A DNA stretch of 64,000 nucleotides from Patescibacteria group bacterium (GCA_028705215.1 JAQWDY010000001.1:32785-96784), one strand, 5' to 3'; positions 9,641 to 19,993 are shown, numbered from the stretch's first letter. Translations and numbers: made by a program. The notes: generated by a model from the letters alone, not told the origin.

Positions 9641-11119
9641 ATGAGTGTATCTAAAAAAATCGCTAAAAATACCATTATTCAGTTAGTTGGCAAAGTATTT
9701 TCTACCATCCTAGGACTTCTGTCTCTGGCTCTAATGACTCGCTATTTAGGTCAAAATGGTTTTGGTGAATATACAACAATCCTAAACTTCTTAACAATTT
9801 TTGCTGTTTTTGCTGACTTTGGTTTAACCTTAGTGACCGTGCAGATGATTAGCGGAGTTAAGGAAAAAGAAAAAGAATCAAAAATCTTAAACAATCTTTT
9901 TACCTTTAGATTGCTCTCAATTATTGTTTTTTTATCTCTTTCTCCCTTAGTCTTGTTTTTCACTCCCTACAGTCAAGCCATTAAACTTGGCATTTTAATT
10001 ACTGCTCCTTATTTTATTTTTCCCGCCTTAACCCAAATAATTGTTGGCTTGCTGCAAAAAAGACTGCATATGGAAAGAGCGGTAATAGCAGAGTTAGCTA
10101 GTCGTATCATATTAATTTTAGGAATAATTTTAATTGCCCGATTTGATAAAGGGTTAACCGGGATATTGCTAGCCACTATTTTATCAGGAGCGACTAGTTT
10201 TTTATTTCATTATTTCTTAGCCAGAAAATTTACTCGCTTAAGACTAGCCTGGGATTTCACCCTCTGGCGCAAAATCATACTTCGTTCTTGGCCTTTGGCA
10301 ATTACAATTATTTTGAATTTACTATATTTAAAAACTGATATTGTTTTCCTTTCTTTATTTAAAAGTTCAGCTGAGGTTGGGCTTTACGCTGCCGCCTATC
10401 GTGTAATTGACGTCTTAACAACTATTCCTTTTATGTTTGCTGGGCTAATTTTACCAATTCTAACCACCGCTTGGCTTGAAAATAAAAAGGAGTATTTTAA
10501 AAAAACTTTACAGAAATCTTTTGATTTTATGACCATAACGGCTCTTCCTTTAATTGTAGGGGGCATAATGTTATCAAAACCAATTATGCTCATTGTCGCT
10601 GGTGATGATTTCGCCGCTTCAGGCAAAATCTTAAATTTATTAATAATTGCCGTTGGTTTTATTTTTTTAGGAACGATGTTTTCTCACGCTGTCATTGCTT
10701 TAGATAAGCAAAAAAAGCTTATTGGTTTTTATATTTTTACCAGTATCACTGCCTTGGCTGGCTACTTAATTTTAATTCCTCGTTTTTCTTATTTTGGCGC
10801 AGCCACCATTACTATTTATAGTGAGGCTATAATTTCAATTTTTGCAGCTTATTGCGTCTTTAAATATAGTCATTTTTTACCAAAGCTAAACATTTTAATT
10901 AAGTCAGTATTTGCTAGCTTCTTAATGGGGTTTTTTCTTTATATTTATCCTAATTCTTTAAAAAATGATTTTATTGAGTTAAGCTTGGCTATAATCTTAG
11001 CTTCTATTATTTATTTCTTGTTTTTATTCCTACTAGGTGGTATACATTTAAACGACCTTAAAGTAATATTTAAACGCACAAAAACACCGCAAACTTATAA
11101 ATCAATTAATGGCATCTAA
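9641..11119 (+). CDS. Polysaccharide/oligosaccharide flippase (Wzx/MATE-like)
   Basis: KIAKNT..Q, RYLGQNGFGEY, D.G, VGLYAAAYR, about 14 TM helices. Start at ATG 9641. Confidence 0.88.
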   Translation: MSVSKKIAKNTIIQLVGKVFSTILGLLSLALMTRYLGQNGFGEYTTILNFLTIFAVFADFGLTLVTVQMISGVKEKEKESKILNNLFTFRLLSIIVFLSLSPLVLFFTPYSQAIKLGILITAPYFIFPALTQIIVGLLQKRLHMERAVIAELASRIILILGIILIARFDKGLTGILLATILSGATSFLFHYFLARKFTRLRLAWDFTLWRKIILRSWPLAITIILNLLYLKTDIVFLSLFKSSAEVGLYAAAYRVIDVLTTIPFMFAGLILPILTTAWLENKKEYFKKTLQKSFDFMTITALPLIVGGIMLSKPIMLIVAGDDFAASGKILNLLIIAVGFIFLGTMFSHAVIALDKQKKLIGFYIFTSITALAGYLILIPRFSYFGAATITIYSEAIISIFAAYCVFKYSHFLPKLNILIKSVFASFLMGFFLYIYPNSLKNDFIELSLAIILASIIYFLFLFLLGGIHLNDLKVIFKRTKTPQTYKSINGI

Positions 11120-11120
11120 T

Positions 11121-11885
11121 ATGAACACGGATTTTCCTGAGATAATTTTTGAAGATAATAATTATTTAGTAATAAATAAACCAGCCGGACTGATTGTTCA
11201 TGGTGGACCAGGGATTAAAGGTGTAACCTTGGTTGATTTATTACTAGATAAATATCCCTTCCTTAAAGAAGTGGGGGATGAGGCTCTACGCCCTGGTATA
11301 GTTCACCGATTAGATAAAGATGTAAGCGGCTTAATGGTGATAGCAAAAACAACTGAGTCTTTTTCCAGCTTAAAAGAGCAATTTAAAGAAAGAGACGTTA
11401 ATAAAACTTATTTAGCCTTAGCTCATGGCAAGATTGAAAAAGACTACGATGACATCAACTTTCCAATTAAGCGCGCAAAAGATGGGTATAAAATGGCCGC
11501 CCTTCCCTTAAACACTGTTGATCTTTTAATTAAAAAAAGTCCCCAGTCTAGAGACAGGGGCAACATTGAAGGATTTTTTAAAGCAAGGGAGGCTAGTACT
11601 AGTTTCAAAGTTTTAAAAAGATTTATAAATTATACTTTTTTAGAAGTCACTATTAAAACAGGACGCACTCATCAAATTAGAGTACATTTTTTTGCTTATG
11701 GCCACCCCTTAGTTGGAGATAATTTATATTTTAATAAAAAAAGTAGGGAAAAAAATAAAAAGTTTAATTTAGATCGTGTTTTCTTAGTTGCCAGTCAATT
11801 ATCATTTATGAATTTAAAAGGAGAAAGGAAAGAATTTTCCCTTCCTTTGCCATCAGAGCTAGAAAAACTATTGCCTAAAAATTAA
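11121..11885 (+). CDS. RluA/RluD-family pseudouridine synthase
   Basis: INKPAGLIVH, GIVHRLDKDVSG, TGRTHQIRVH, HPLVGDNLY. Confidence 0.93.
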   Translation: MNTDFPEIIFEDNNYLVINKPAGLIVHGGPGIKGVTLVDLLLDKYPFLKEVGDEALRPGIVHRLDKDVSGLMVIAKTTESFSSLKEQFKERDVNKTYLALAHGKIEKDYDDINFPIKRAKDGYKMAALPLNTVDLLIKKSPQSRDRGNIEGFFKAREASTSFKVLKRFINYTFLEVTIKTGRTHQIRVHFFAYGHPLVGDNLYFNKKSREKNKKFNLDRVFLVASQLSFMNLKGERKEFSLPLPSELEKLLPKN

Positions 11886-11984
11886 TTCCTAATAAACTTT
11901 GACTACAATTTAGTCATTTGCTATAATGGCTTTGTTAATTTGTTAAAATCTAATAAATATAATTAATTTAATTTTCATAAAATT

Positions 11985-12983
11985 ATGAAGAAAAAGATTA
12001 AAGATCTCTCACAATCGGGAGTTTTTACCAGAATTGTTCTACCGATAATTTTGGTTGTCATTCTGGCTATTATAGGTTGGAATAATTTTAAGAAACCAAC
12101 CGCAAAGAATTTAAGTGCAGCTGAAATAAAAACTCACGCTGAAGAATTCATCAACGCTTATTTAATGGCTCCTGATTCAAAGGCTACCATTAAAGAAGTT
12201 ATTGATGAGTATGGTTTATACAAACTAAATGTTGATATCGTTAGTGATGTAATAGAATCATATATCACAAAAGATGGTAAACTATTCTTCCCTCAAGCTT
12301 TCAATGTTGAAGAAATGCAAGGCGATGTCGCTGCTGGCGGCCAGGAAGTAGCTCCAGTTGAAGTCCCTAAAACAGCTAAGCCAAATGTTGAGGTGTTCGT
12401 TATGAGTCATTGTCCTTATGGAACTCAAATCGAAAAAGGCATATTGCCAGTTGCTAAAGCATTAGGCGATAAAATTGATTTTGAAATCAAATTCGTTGAT
12501 TACGCTATGCACGGAGAAGTTGAACTTGATGAACAATTGGTACAATATTGTATTCAAGAAGAACAAAATGATAAATTCTTTCCTTATCTAGATTGTTTCT
12601 TGTTATCAGGAGAAACATCAAGTTGTTTAGCTGAGGCTAATATTGATCAAACGGCTTTAGATAGTTGTGTTACTAAAACTGATAATGAATTTAAAGTAAA
12701 GGAAAATTTTGTAAATAACGTTGGTTTCAGTGGCACCTTCCCTGGATTCGATGTTCATAAAGCTGATAATCAAAAGTATGGCGTCGCTGGTTCTCCTACT
12801 TTAGTAATAAACGAAACAGTTGTCCAAAGCGCACGTGATCCACAAAGCTTGTTAACCACTATCTGTGGTGCCTTTGAGAACGCTCCTGAGGAATGCTCAG
12901 AGACACTACCAAGTGCTAGCCCTGCCCCTGGTTTCGGTGCCGGAACTAGTGCAACTGCTTCCGCTACAGCTGCTTGCAACTAA
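11985..12983 (+). CDS. Membrane-anchored thioredoxin-fold (DsbA-like) protein
   Basis: N-terminal TM, YITKDGKLFFP (DsbC N-terminal-like), FVMSHCPYG, cis-Pro loop GVAGSPTLVIN, several extra Cys. Confidence 0.75.
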   Translation: MKKKIKDLSQSGVFTRIVLPIILVVILAIIGWNNFKKPTAKNLSAAEIKTHAEEFINAYLMAPDSKATIKEVIDEYGLYKLNVDIVSDVIESYITKDGKLFFPQAFNVEEMQGDVAAGGQEVAPVEVPKTAKPNVEVFVMSHCPYGTQIEKGILPVAKALGDKIDFEIKFVDYAMHGEVELDEQLVQYCIQEEQNDKFFPYLDCFLLSGETSSCLAEANIDQTALDSCVTKTDNEFKVKENFVNNVGFSGTFPGFDVHKADNQKYGVAGSPTLVINETVVQSARDPQSLLTTICGAFENAPEECSETLPSASPAPGFGAGTSATASATAACN

Positions 12984-13000
12984 GAGAAAATTGCAGATAT

Positions 13001-13032
13001 AAAAAACAACCTCTTATCGAGGTTGTTTTTTT
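13001..13032. terminator. Bidirectional terminator between convergent genes
   Basis: AAAAAACAACCTC-TTATC-GAGGTTGTTTTTTT. Confidence 0.8.
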
Positions 13033-13051
13033 ATTGTTATTTTTTAACCTG

Positions 13052-13381
13052 TTAAATAAGGTTTTCAAGCTCTGACCTTAAAGTTTCTTTATTTCTTAAG
13101 CCAATAAATTCTCCGATGATTTTTCCATCTTTAAAAAGCTTCATATTGGGGATGCTTTGAATTTGATATTCAATTGCCAAATCCCTATTTTCGCCATCCT
13201 CGGTATTCACCTTAGCAATTTTTACCTTATCACTTAATTCATCTGACAACTCATCTAAAGTTGGCGCCATCATTTGGCAAGGCATGCACCAAGGTGCCCA
13301 AAAATCAACTAAAACTGGCTTCTCGCTTTCTAAAACTTCTACTTGGAAGTTGTCTTTTTTAATATCTAATACTTTTGACAT
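13052..13381 (-). CDS. trxA: Thioredoxin
   Basis: VLVDFWAPWCMPC, IQSIPN. Confidence 0.95.
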   Translation of the reverse strand: MSKVLDIKKDNFQVEVLESEKPVLVDFWAPWCMPCQMMAPTLDELSDELSDKVKIAKVNTEDGENRDLAIEYQIQSIPNMKLFKDGKIIGEFIGLRNKETLRSELENLI

Positions 13382-13427
13382 AATAATATAACGTTAATTA
13401 TTTAATTAATTAATTTTTTTATAATTT

Positions 13428-13667
13428 TTACTTACTTACCAATTCATTTAACATTTTCATAATTTTTTCTTGATCAGTCTTTTTGCCACCAATTAAACAG
13501 CGATTCATTTCCGATAATACAATTTTTTCCAACAAGGCAGACAGGGCAGATTTAATTGCTTTTAGTTGAATAATTAAATTTATACAATCACCATTTTTCT
13601 CTTTTAGCATTTTCTTTACAGCTTCCAACTGTCCAATGATAATATTAATTCTTGTTTCATTTGTCAT
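13428..13667 (-). CDS. CsoR/RcnR/FrmR-family transcriptional repressor
   Basis: RINIIIGQLEAVKKML...DCINLIIQLKAIKSAL...EMNRC. Start at ATG 13667. Confidence 0.85.
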   Translation of the reverse strand: MTNETRINIIIGQLEAVKKMLKEKNGDCINLIIQLKAIKSALSALLEKIVLSEMNRCLIGGKKTDQEKIMKMLNELVSK

Positions 13668-13685
13668 ATACAATAAGTGTATCAT

Positions 13686-13702
13686 ACACCCCCAGGGGGT
13701 GT
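13686..13702. promoter_or_regulatory. CsoR-family operator palindrome within the promoter spacer
   Basis: ACACCCCC-A-GGGGGTGT perfect inverted repeat overlapping a minus-strand TTGACA (13705-13700), with TGn-TACACT downstream. C/G tracts are typical of this family's operators. Confidence 0.8.
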
Positions 13703-13713
13703 CAATAGGGCAA

Positions 13714-14412
13714 CTACTTTTTTAATTCTAACCAATAATTATACTTATCTTTTTTTAAAGATATTTGTTCAAAGCCTGATTTTTTCGCTAAAAACAGTAA
13801 CTCTCTTTTAGTAAATGCGTGATAGTACCTTTTTGCCCTATTTTCCCCCTTTGCGTCTTTCCAAAAGAAAATAATATCACCAAAATTGAGCTTATTTAAA
13901 CCAAGCAGTTTATAAACACCGGCCTTGATAATTCTAAAGCGGTGTTTACTTGACCACAAATTCCAATTACTAATTACTAAAACCCCAGAATCATTAAGAT
14001 AATTTTTTATCTTTTTTAACAATTCGAGTCTATTTTTATGGCCGGGTATATGTTGCAAGGCGGCAAGAAAAAAAATGTAATCATAAGATTCTCCTTTTTC
14101 TAAAATTGACTCAATATCTAGAACATTGCCAACTATAAATTTATGCTTTGGGTAATTTTTTTGCGCAATATTAATTAACTGAGAACTGACATCAATTCCC
14201 AGATAGTTTATTTTTTTATCAAACAAAGAGCCCAACAGACGACCGTTTCCACAAGCTAAATCTAAAACCGCTTCCCCCTCTTTTACCCGTTTACAATATT
14301 CTTCTATTTGTGGCCAGACTCTTTTTTTTCGTGTTAAATCAAAATGAGTCGCTATGCTATCATAACTGGTGCGCACCAAATTATTTAATTCCTGTATTTT
14401 TTTCTCTTTCAT
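13714..14412 (-). CDS. Class I SAM-dependent methyltransferase, Trm9/ALKBH8-like
   Basis: YDSIATHFDLTR..VWP, VLDLACGNGR, AALQHI, RYYHAFTKREL match recalled Trm9/ALKBH8 blocks. Confidence 0.8.
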   Translation of the reverse strand: MKEKKIQELNNLVRTSYDSIATHFDLTRKKRVWPQIEEYCKRVKEGEAVLDLACGNGRLLGSLFDKKINYLGIDVSSQLINIAQKNYPKHKFIVGNVLDIESILEKGESYDYIFFLAALQHIPGHKNRLELLKKIKNYLNDSGVLVISNWNLWSSKHRFRIIKAGVYKLLGLNKLNFGDIIFFWKDAKGENRAKRYYHAFTKRELLFLAKKSGFEQISLKKDKYNYWLELKK

Positions 14413-16179
14413 TTAGGCTCTTAAATATTCTCTTTTTGGCTCCGAGCTCTCTCGCTTATTCCTCAGGCAACCATCACATTTGCCACAAGGGGCAACTTTG
14501 TAGTCACCAAAATAATTTAATATATATTCCTGACGACAACCAGCATGATAAACATAATTTTCCATTTCATCTAATTTTTCGTAGGCTCGTGCTGCTTTTT
14601 CTTTTAGACTTTTAAAATCTAATTCGAGATCCCTGCTATCGGTAATTTTTAAAATCCTAATTTCCGTTCCGCGAAAAGGGGGACGATATTCTAATAAATC
14701 TTTTTCCGCAAATTTTTTAATTGCTCGCGTAAGAGTGTCTTTTTTTATTTTTAAAACTACGGCTAATTCTTCTGCAATAAAATCAAATCCTACCTCTAAT
14801 TGAGCTTGATATTTTTCTTGTAATTTTTCTAGAACCTCATGTTGCGTCTTAGCTCTTTTACTTATAAGTGCGCCAACTTCTGATGGCTTCTTTTTAAAAC
14901 GGATAAAAGAATTGGCGTTCTTTTCTTTAGGCCGAGAAATATAACCTTCTTTTTCTAGAATTTTCAAAGCTGTTCCAATTGCCATTTCTGGAACAGATTC
15001 TGATAGTTGTTTTGCAATTTCGTTATAAGTTACTAAAATTGTGCTCTCTTTAGTTGATTCTAAATCTAAACGTCGAAGAAGAAAATCATAAATTTCAAGC
15101 ACTGTTTCTGGTTCTGGATTATCACCTTTAATAAAAAATTCACGCAGATATCTATCTTGTTTGTTATAAAAAAGTAAACAAAAGCTAGGCAGGCCGTCAC
15201 GACCAGCACGTCCCGCTTCCTGATAGTAGGCCTCAATTGTGCCCGGTAGATCATGATGTATTACAAACCTAATGTCTGGTTTATTAATACCCAAGCCAAA
15301 AGCATTCGTCGCCACCACCACCTGAACCTTTTGATCCATAAACTGATCTTGAACCCACCGCCTACTATCTGCGTCTAAGCCAGCGTGATAGACAACCGCC
15401 TTTATGTCGTTTTCCGTTAATATTTCTGCAATTTCGTCTGCCTTATTTCTGGTTCCGGTATAAATAATACCAGCCCCTATATCGGGATTAGTTATAAGAA
15501 AATTAACAATATTTTCCACCTTCTGCCCGCTTTGTGACGGAATCACTGCAAATTGTAAGTTAGGACGAGCAAAACCTGTCACTATAAGCTCCGGATCTTT
15601 TAACTGCAACTGTTTTACTATATCCTCCCTTACCTCCGGTGTTGCTGTCGCAGTTAATGCCACCACTCTTGGTTTCCCCACTAAAGCAATGGCGTCTTTA
15701 AGTCGTAAGTAGCTGGGTCTAAAATCGTGTCCCCACTGGCTAATACAGTGCGCCTCATCTATTGCAAATAAGGATACTTTTATTTTTTTTAAACTATCTA
15801 AAAATTGCTTGTTATAAAAACGTTCAGGCGCAATATAAACTAATTTATAAAAACCTTGTTCTGCTTTTTTTAATCTTTTTTCTGCTTCAATGGGCGTTAC
15901 AGAAGAATTGATAAAAGTAGCAGGAATTCCCACCTTCTCTAAAGAATCAACCTGATCTTTCATCAGAGCAATCAGTGGCGAAATAACTAAGGTAACGCCC
16001 TCCATTATTAAGGCGGGTAATTGAAAAATTAACGATTTGCCGCCACCAGTGGGCAACACAACCACCACATCTTGACCAGACAATAGAGAGTCAATTGCTT
16101 TCTCTTGGCCAGGTCGAAAAGATTCATAACCAAAATGAATTCGCAACAACTCAATTAATTGTTGTTTTTTATTTACCAT
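14413..16179 (-). CDS. recQ: RecQ-family ATP-dependent DNA helicase
   Basis: PTGGGKS, DEAHCISQWGHDFRP, QEAGRAGRDG, CR...YFGD...CGKCDGC. Start at ATG 16179. Confidence 0.93.
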   Translation of the reverse strand: MVNKKQQLIELLRIHFGYESFRPGQEKAIDSLLSGQDVVVVLPTGGGKSLIFQLPALIMEGVTLVISPLIALMKDQVDSLEKVGIPATFINSSVTPIEAEKRLKKAEQGFYKLVYIAPERFYNKQFLDSLKKIKVSLFAIDEAHCISQWGHDFRPSYLRLKDAIALVGKPRVVALTATATPEVREDIVKQLQLKDPELIVTGFARPNLQFAVIPSQSGQKVENIVNFLITNPDIGAGIIYTGTRNKADEIAEILTENDIKAVVYHAGLDADSRRWVQDQFMDQKVQVVVATNAFGLGINKPDIRFVIHHDLPGTIEAYYQEAGRAGRDGLPSFCLLFYNKQDRYLREFFIKGDNPEPETVLEIYDFLLRRLDLESTKESTILVTYNEIAKQLSESVPEMAIGTALKILEKEGYISRPKEKNANSFIRFKKKPSEVGALISKRAKTQHEVLEKLQEKYQAQLEVGFDFIAEELAVVLKIKKDTLTRAIKKFAEKDLLEYRPPFRGTEIRILKITDSRDLELDFKSLKEKAARAYEKLDEMENYVYHAGCRQEYILNYFGDYKVAPCGKCDGCLRNKRESSEPKREYLRA

Positions 16180-16189
16180 TATAAATTGA

Positions 16190-16981
16190 CTAATTAGTTT
16201 TTCTCTTGAAAATTTCCCAGACATTTTTGAATAAAAAGGCAATTGTCATCGGGCCTATGCCTCCAGGAACAGGGGTAATAAAAGATGCCTTTTCTTCAAC
16301 ATCTTTAAAATCAACATCACCAAAAACCCCATTCTCTGTTTTTGTAATTCCAATATCAATAATTACAGCTCCGGGTTTTATTATTTCTTTTTTCAGGCTT
16401 TGCGGTTTTCCTAAGGCGGTAATAACTAAATCCGCTTTTTTTGCTTCACTGTTTTTGCAAAAAGAAAAACCTCTTGCGCCCAATTCTTTTTTTATCTCCT
16501 TTTCAAATACCTCTGAATTTCTAAAAATACAAGCTGTATTATTTTCACCCTTCATCTTAATTTCATCAAGACAGGCAATAATCGCTAACATCACTGGCGA
16601 TTTTATATAATCTGGTTTTTGAGGATGGAAGCCATCAACATCTTTTTCGGGGTCAATACTTAAAATAACCTTATCAGTATTAAATTTAGTTGGTAAAGGT
16701 AATTGCACTAAAATGCCATCAATTAAGGGATCCTCATTTAAAAATTTAATTATTTCAATAAGTTCTTTTTCGCTTTGCTTTTCCTCTAAAAGATAAAGGT
16801 GAGTATCTACGCCCACCTTTTTTCCCTCTCTTTCTTTAAGGGAAACGTATAATTTAGAATCTTCTCTGCTTCCTACTAAAATAATCGCCAAGTTTGGTCT
16901 TTTCTTAAAGGCAAATATTTCTTGAGCAATTTTATCTTTTACTTTTTCCGCAATTTTTTTTCCAGAAATAACTTTTACCAT
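16190..16981 (-). CDS. folD: Methylene-THF dehydrogenase/cyclohydrolase
   Basis: GILVQLPLP, KDVDGFHP, VIIDIGI, TPVPGGIGPMT. Confidence 0.93.
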   Translation of the reverse strand: MVKVISGKKIAEKVKDKIAQEIFAFKKRPNLAIILVGSREDSKLYVSLKEREGKKVGVDTHLYLLEEKQSEKELIEIIKFLNEDPLIDGILVQLPLPTKFNTDKVILSIDPEKDVDGFHPQKPDYIKSPVMLAIIACLDEIKMKGENNTACIFRNSEVFEKEIKKELGARGFSFCKNSEAKKADLVITALGKPQSLKKEIIKPGAVIIDIGITKTENGVFGDVDFKDVEEKASFITPVPGGIGPMTIAFLFKNVWEIFKRKTN

Positions 16982-16982
16982 A

Positions 16983-18239
16983 TTAATATTTTAAATTATT
17001 GGTAGGAAGGGGAAAATTGGCACATAAAACTTTTATTTCTTTTTTTAATTCTAAAAGCTTTTCCTCTTCATTTTTATTTAAAAACGCTCGATTAATATAA
17101 CCGGCAATCTGTCTCATCTCCTTTTCTTTCATACCCCTTGTGGTAATTGCGGCTACCCCTAGTCGCAAGCCCGAAGGATTAAAGGCGGCGCTTGAATCAT
17201 TTGGAATAGTCGAACGAGAAACTGAAATACCGGCCCTCTCTAAAACCTTTTCTGCTTCTTTTCCGGATATATTTTTATCACTTAAATCTATGACAAATAA
17301 ATGATTATCAGTACCCCCAGAAACTATATTATAACCAAGATTAATTAATTCATCTGATAAGATTTTAGCGTTTATAATAACTTGCTTGGCATAATCTTTA
17401 AATTCAGGTAAGAGCGCCTCCCCTAAGGCAACCGCTTTAGCAGCGGTTATATGATCATGAGGCCCACCCTGCATTCCGGGAAAAACCGCTCTATCAACTT
17501 GCTTAGCGTATTTTTCCTTACACATTATTAAAGCCCCCCTAGGGCCCCTTAAAGTTTTATGCGTTGTTGTTGACACTACATCAAAAATTGGCACCGGATT
17601 AGCTAATTGCTTGCCAGCAATTAAGCCAGCAATATGAGCAATATCAGCAAAGGTGTAAGCGCCAACTTCGGTGGCGATATTTTGAAAAGCTTGCCAATCA
17701 ATTTCTCTTGAATAAGCACTAAAACCAGCTACTATCATTTTTGGCTTTTCCCGTAAAGCTATCTCTCTGACTTTTTCCATATCTATCATTCCTGTTTTTT
17801 CATCTACCCCGTATTGTACAAAATTATAAAGCTGACCAGAAAAATTAATATGATGTCCGTGCGATAAATGCCCACCGTGATCTAATTTTAATCCCAAAAC
17901 CTTATCACCGGGTTGCAAAAATGCCATATAAACAGCGGCATTTGCAGGTGAGCCAGATAAGGGTTGCACGTTTACATGTTCCGCTTGAAATAATTTTTTT
18001 GCTCTTTCAATCGCCAAGGTTTCAATTTCATCAACTATCTGATTACCGCCATAATAACGCTTACCCACATAGCCCTCGCTATATTTATTGGTAAGAATTG
18101 TTGCCATCGCTTCTAAAACAGCGCTAGAAACATAATTTTCTGAAGCAATCAGTTCAATCTCATCACTTTGACGACAAGCCTCTTTTTTAATTATTTCATA
18201 AACTTGACTATCCTGTTGAGATAAATTTTGATAAAACAT
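16983..18239 (-). CDS. glyA: Serine hydroxymethyltransferase
   Basis: LIASENY, NKYSEGY, GGHLSHG, TTTHKTLRGPRG. Confidence 0.97.
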   Translation of the reverse strand: MFYQNLSQQDSQVYEIIKKEACRQSDEIELIASENYVSSAVLEAMATILTNKYSEGYVGKRYYGGNQIVDEIETLAIERAKKLFQAEHVNVQPLSGSPANAAVYMAFLQPGDKVLGLKLDHGGHLSHGHHINFSGQLYNFVQYGVDEKTGMIDMEKVREIALREKPKMIVAGFSAYSREIDWQAFQNIATEVGAYTFADIAHIAGLIAGKQLANPVPIFDVVSTTTHKTLRGPRGALIMCKEKYAKQVDRAVFPGMQGGPHDHITAAKAVALGEALLPEFKDYAKQVIINAKILSDELINLGYNIVSGGTDNHLFVIDLSDKNISGKEAEKVLERAGISVSRSTIPNDSSAAFNPSGLRLGVAAITTRGMKEKEMRQIAGYINRAFLNKNEEEKLLELKKEIKVLCANFPLPTNNLKY

Positions 18240-18316
18240 AGGTTTATTTTATGACTTAATCTTAAATCAGGGGCACTCTTTTGTCAAAAACTAGAAATAA
18301 ACAAAATCTTCATTTT

Positions 18317-19924
18317 TTATAGTTTTTTTACCATGTATCCGTCCTTTAACTGATACTTTAACTTGCGATAATAATCCCTGACCCCCACGCCAGAAATAAT
18401 AGATATTTTTTTTATCTTGTGCGCTCTTGTGATTTCTTCTGCTTTTTTTATTAACTCCTTTCCCAAACCAAGGTGTTGGACTTTGCCATCAGTGCCAACA
18501 CTGGTTAACTCTCCGTATACATGAAGTTCTCTTATGATTGCTGGGGAAATTTTACTTTTTTCATCAAGACGTAAACGACAAAAACCATAGAGAGTTTTGT
18601 TGTCATCACTATCAACGCTAATAAAAAACTCTCTGCCCTCTGCCGCTTGATACTCTTTTACATTAATTTGCCATTTTTTTAAAACTTCTTCTTTCGCTTC
18701 ACGACAACGAATACAGTTACATTTTACCCCCCTATCTTTCATTATTTGTCTTAAATTAGTAATTTTATTACCTGCCTCAATTGATTCTCCTGGTATATCG
18801 CGAATTAGTCGAATAATTCTTACATAGGGTGGAACTATTTTCTTACATTTTATAATTAAGTCTTGCAGCTGCTTATTGGTATAGGCCTTATATTTACCTT
18901 GTTTAAACCACTTATAAAGAAGACTACCTTTTACCACTACTGTGGGATAAAATTTAATTTGATCAGGCTGAAAACGGCTATCAGAGAATATTTTTTTGAA
19001 CATGGCATAATCTTTAGCTGGCGTGGATCCTGGTAGAGCTGGCATTAGGTGATAGGTAATTTTAAAACCATAACGTCGCATTAATAGGGTTGCCATCACT
19101 GTCTCTTTTACTCCGTGCCCCCTTTTATTTAAATCCAGAATCTTATCATCTATTGCTTGCACCCCGACTTCGATTCTAGTACATCCAAGATCTCTCATTT
19201 CCTCTAATTCATCTTCATTAATATAATCTGGTCTTGTCTCTAAGGTTAAGCCAATAATTTTATATTTTGCCTTTTCGTTTTTTTTCTGCTCAATTTTTAA
19301 GTATTCTTCTAATTTTTTCTGACTTAACTTTTGACTATAGGGCAATTTAATCTTATTTAAAACCAGGTCTTCTCCCTTTTGCTCTTTTTTTATTTTATTA
19401 AAATCATTTGCTGCGCGAAAACAATTAAGAATATACCAATACTTATATCTTTTTGGTAAGTAACTCCACGTTCCACCAATAACAATAACTTCCATTTTAG
19501 TAGGTTCATGCCCATTATTTTCTAGTGCCTTGAGGCGCCACACAACTTGTTTATAAGGATGATAGGCGCACCTTATTGCTCGCATTACCGCTGGCTCATT
19601 AGACAAATAACTAACTGGCACATCTTTTTGATGAGGACAATAAGCGCAATTGCCCGGACAGGGATAAAATTTTGTTAAAACAGCCACTGGCGCTATTCCT
19701 GATAAGGTTCTAATAGACCTTTTTCTTAACAATTTTTCAAAAGACTGACTTTTATTAACTTTATGCTTATTTACTAATTCTTTATAGGTTTTTAGAATTT
19801 GCGCATTAGTAATAGCTGATAATTTGTACGTTTTACAAAACTCTCTTTTTATAATTTCCAAGTCATCTCTATTTTTTGCTTGTTTTATTGCCTTTATTAC
19901 TAATTTTTTTATTGCTTCTATCAT
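18317..19924 (-). CDS. elp3: Elp3-like tRNA U34 carboxymethyltransferase (radical SAM plus GNAT)
   Basis: RTLSGIAPVAV, CPGNCAYCP, GGTW, LTLETRPD, IIRELHVYG, QHLGLGK, ISGVGVRDYYRKL. Confidence 0.92.
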   Translation of the reverse strand: MIEAIKKLVIKAIKQAKNRDDLEIIKREFCKTYKLSAITNAQILKTYKELVNKHKVNKSQSFEKLLRKRSIRTLSGIAPVAVLTKFYPCPGNCAYCPHQKDVPVSYLSNEPAVMRAIRCAYHPYKQVVWRLKALENNGHEPTKMEVIVIGGTWSYLPKRYKYWYILNCFRAANDFNKIKKEQKGEDLVLNKIKLPYSQKLSQKKLEEYLKIEQKKNEKAKYKIIGLTLETRPDYINEDELEEMRDLGCTRIEVGVQAIDDKILDLNKRGHGVKETVMATLLMRRYGFKITYHLMPALPGSTPAKDYAMFKKIFSDSRFQPDQIKFYPTVVVKGSLLYKWFKQGKYKAYTNKQLQDLIIKCKKIVPPYVRIIRLIRDIPGESIEAGNKITNLRQIMKDRGVKCNCIRCREAKEEVLKKWQINVKEYQAAEGREFFISVDSDDNKTLYGFCRLRLDEKSKISPAIIRELHVYGELTSVGTDGKVQHLGLGKELIKKAEEITRAHKIKKISIISGVGVRDYYRKLKYQLKDGYMVKKL

Positions 19925-19993
19925 TTTTTTAGAGTATAATTTAAATATAATCTAATTAAGAATACTATATTTTTTAAAAATTAACAATCTTTT

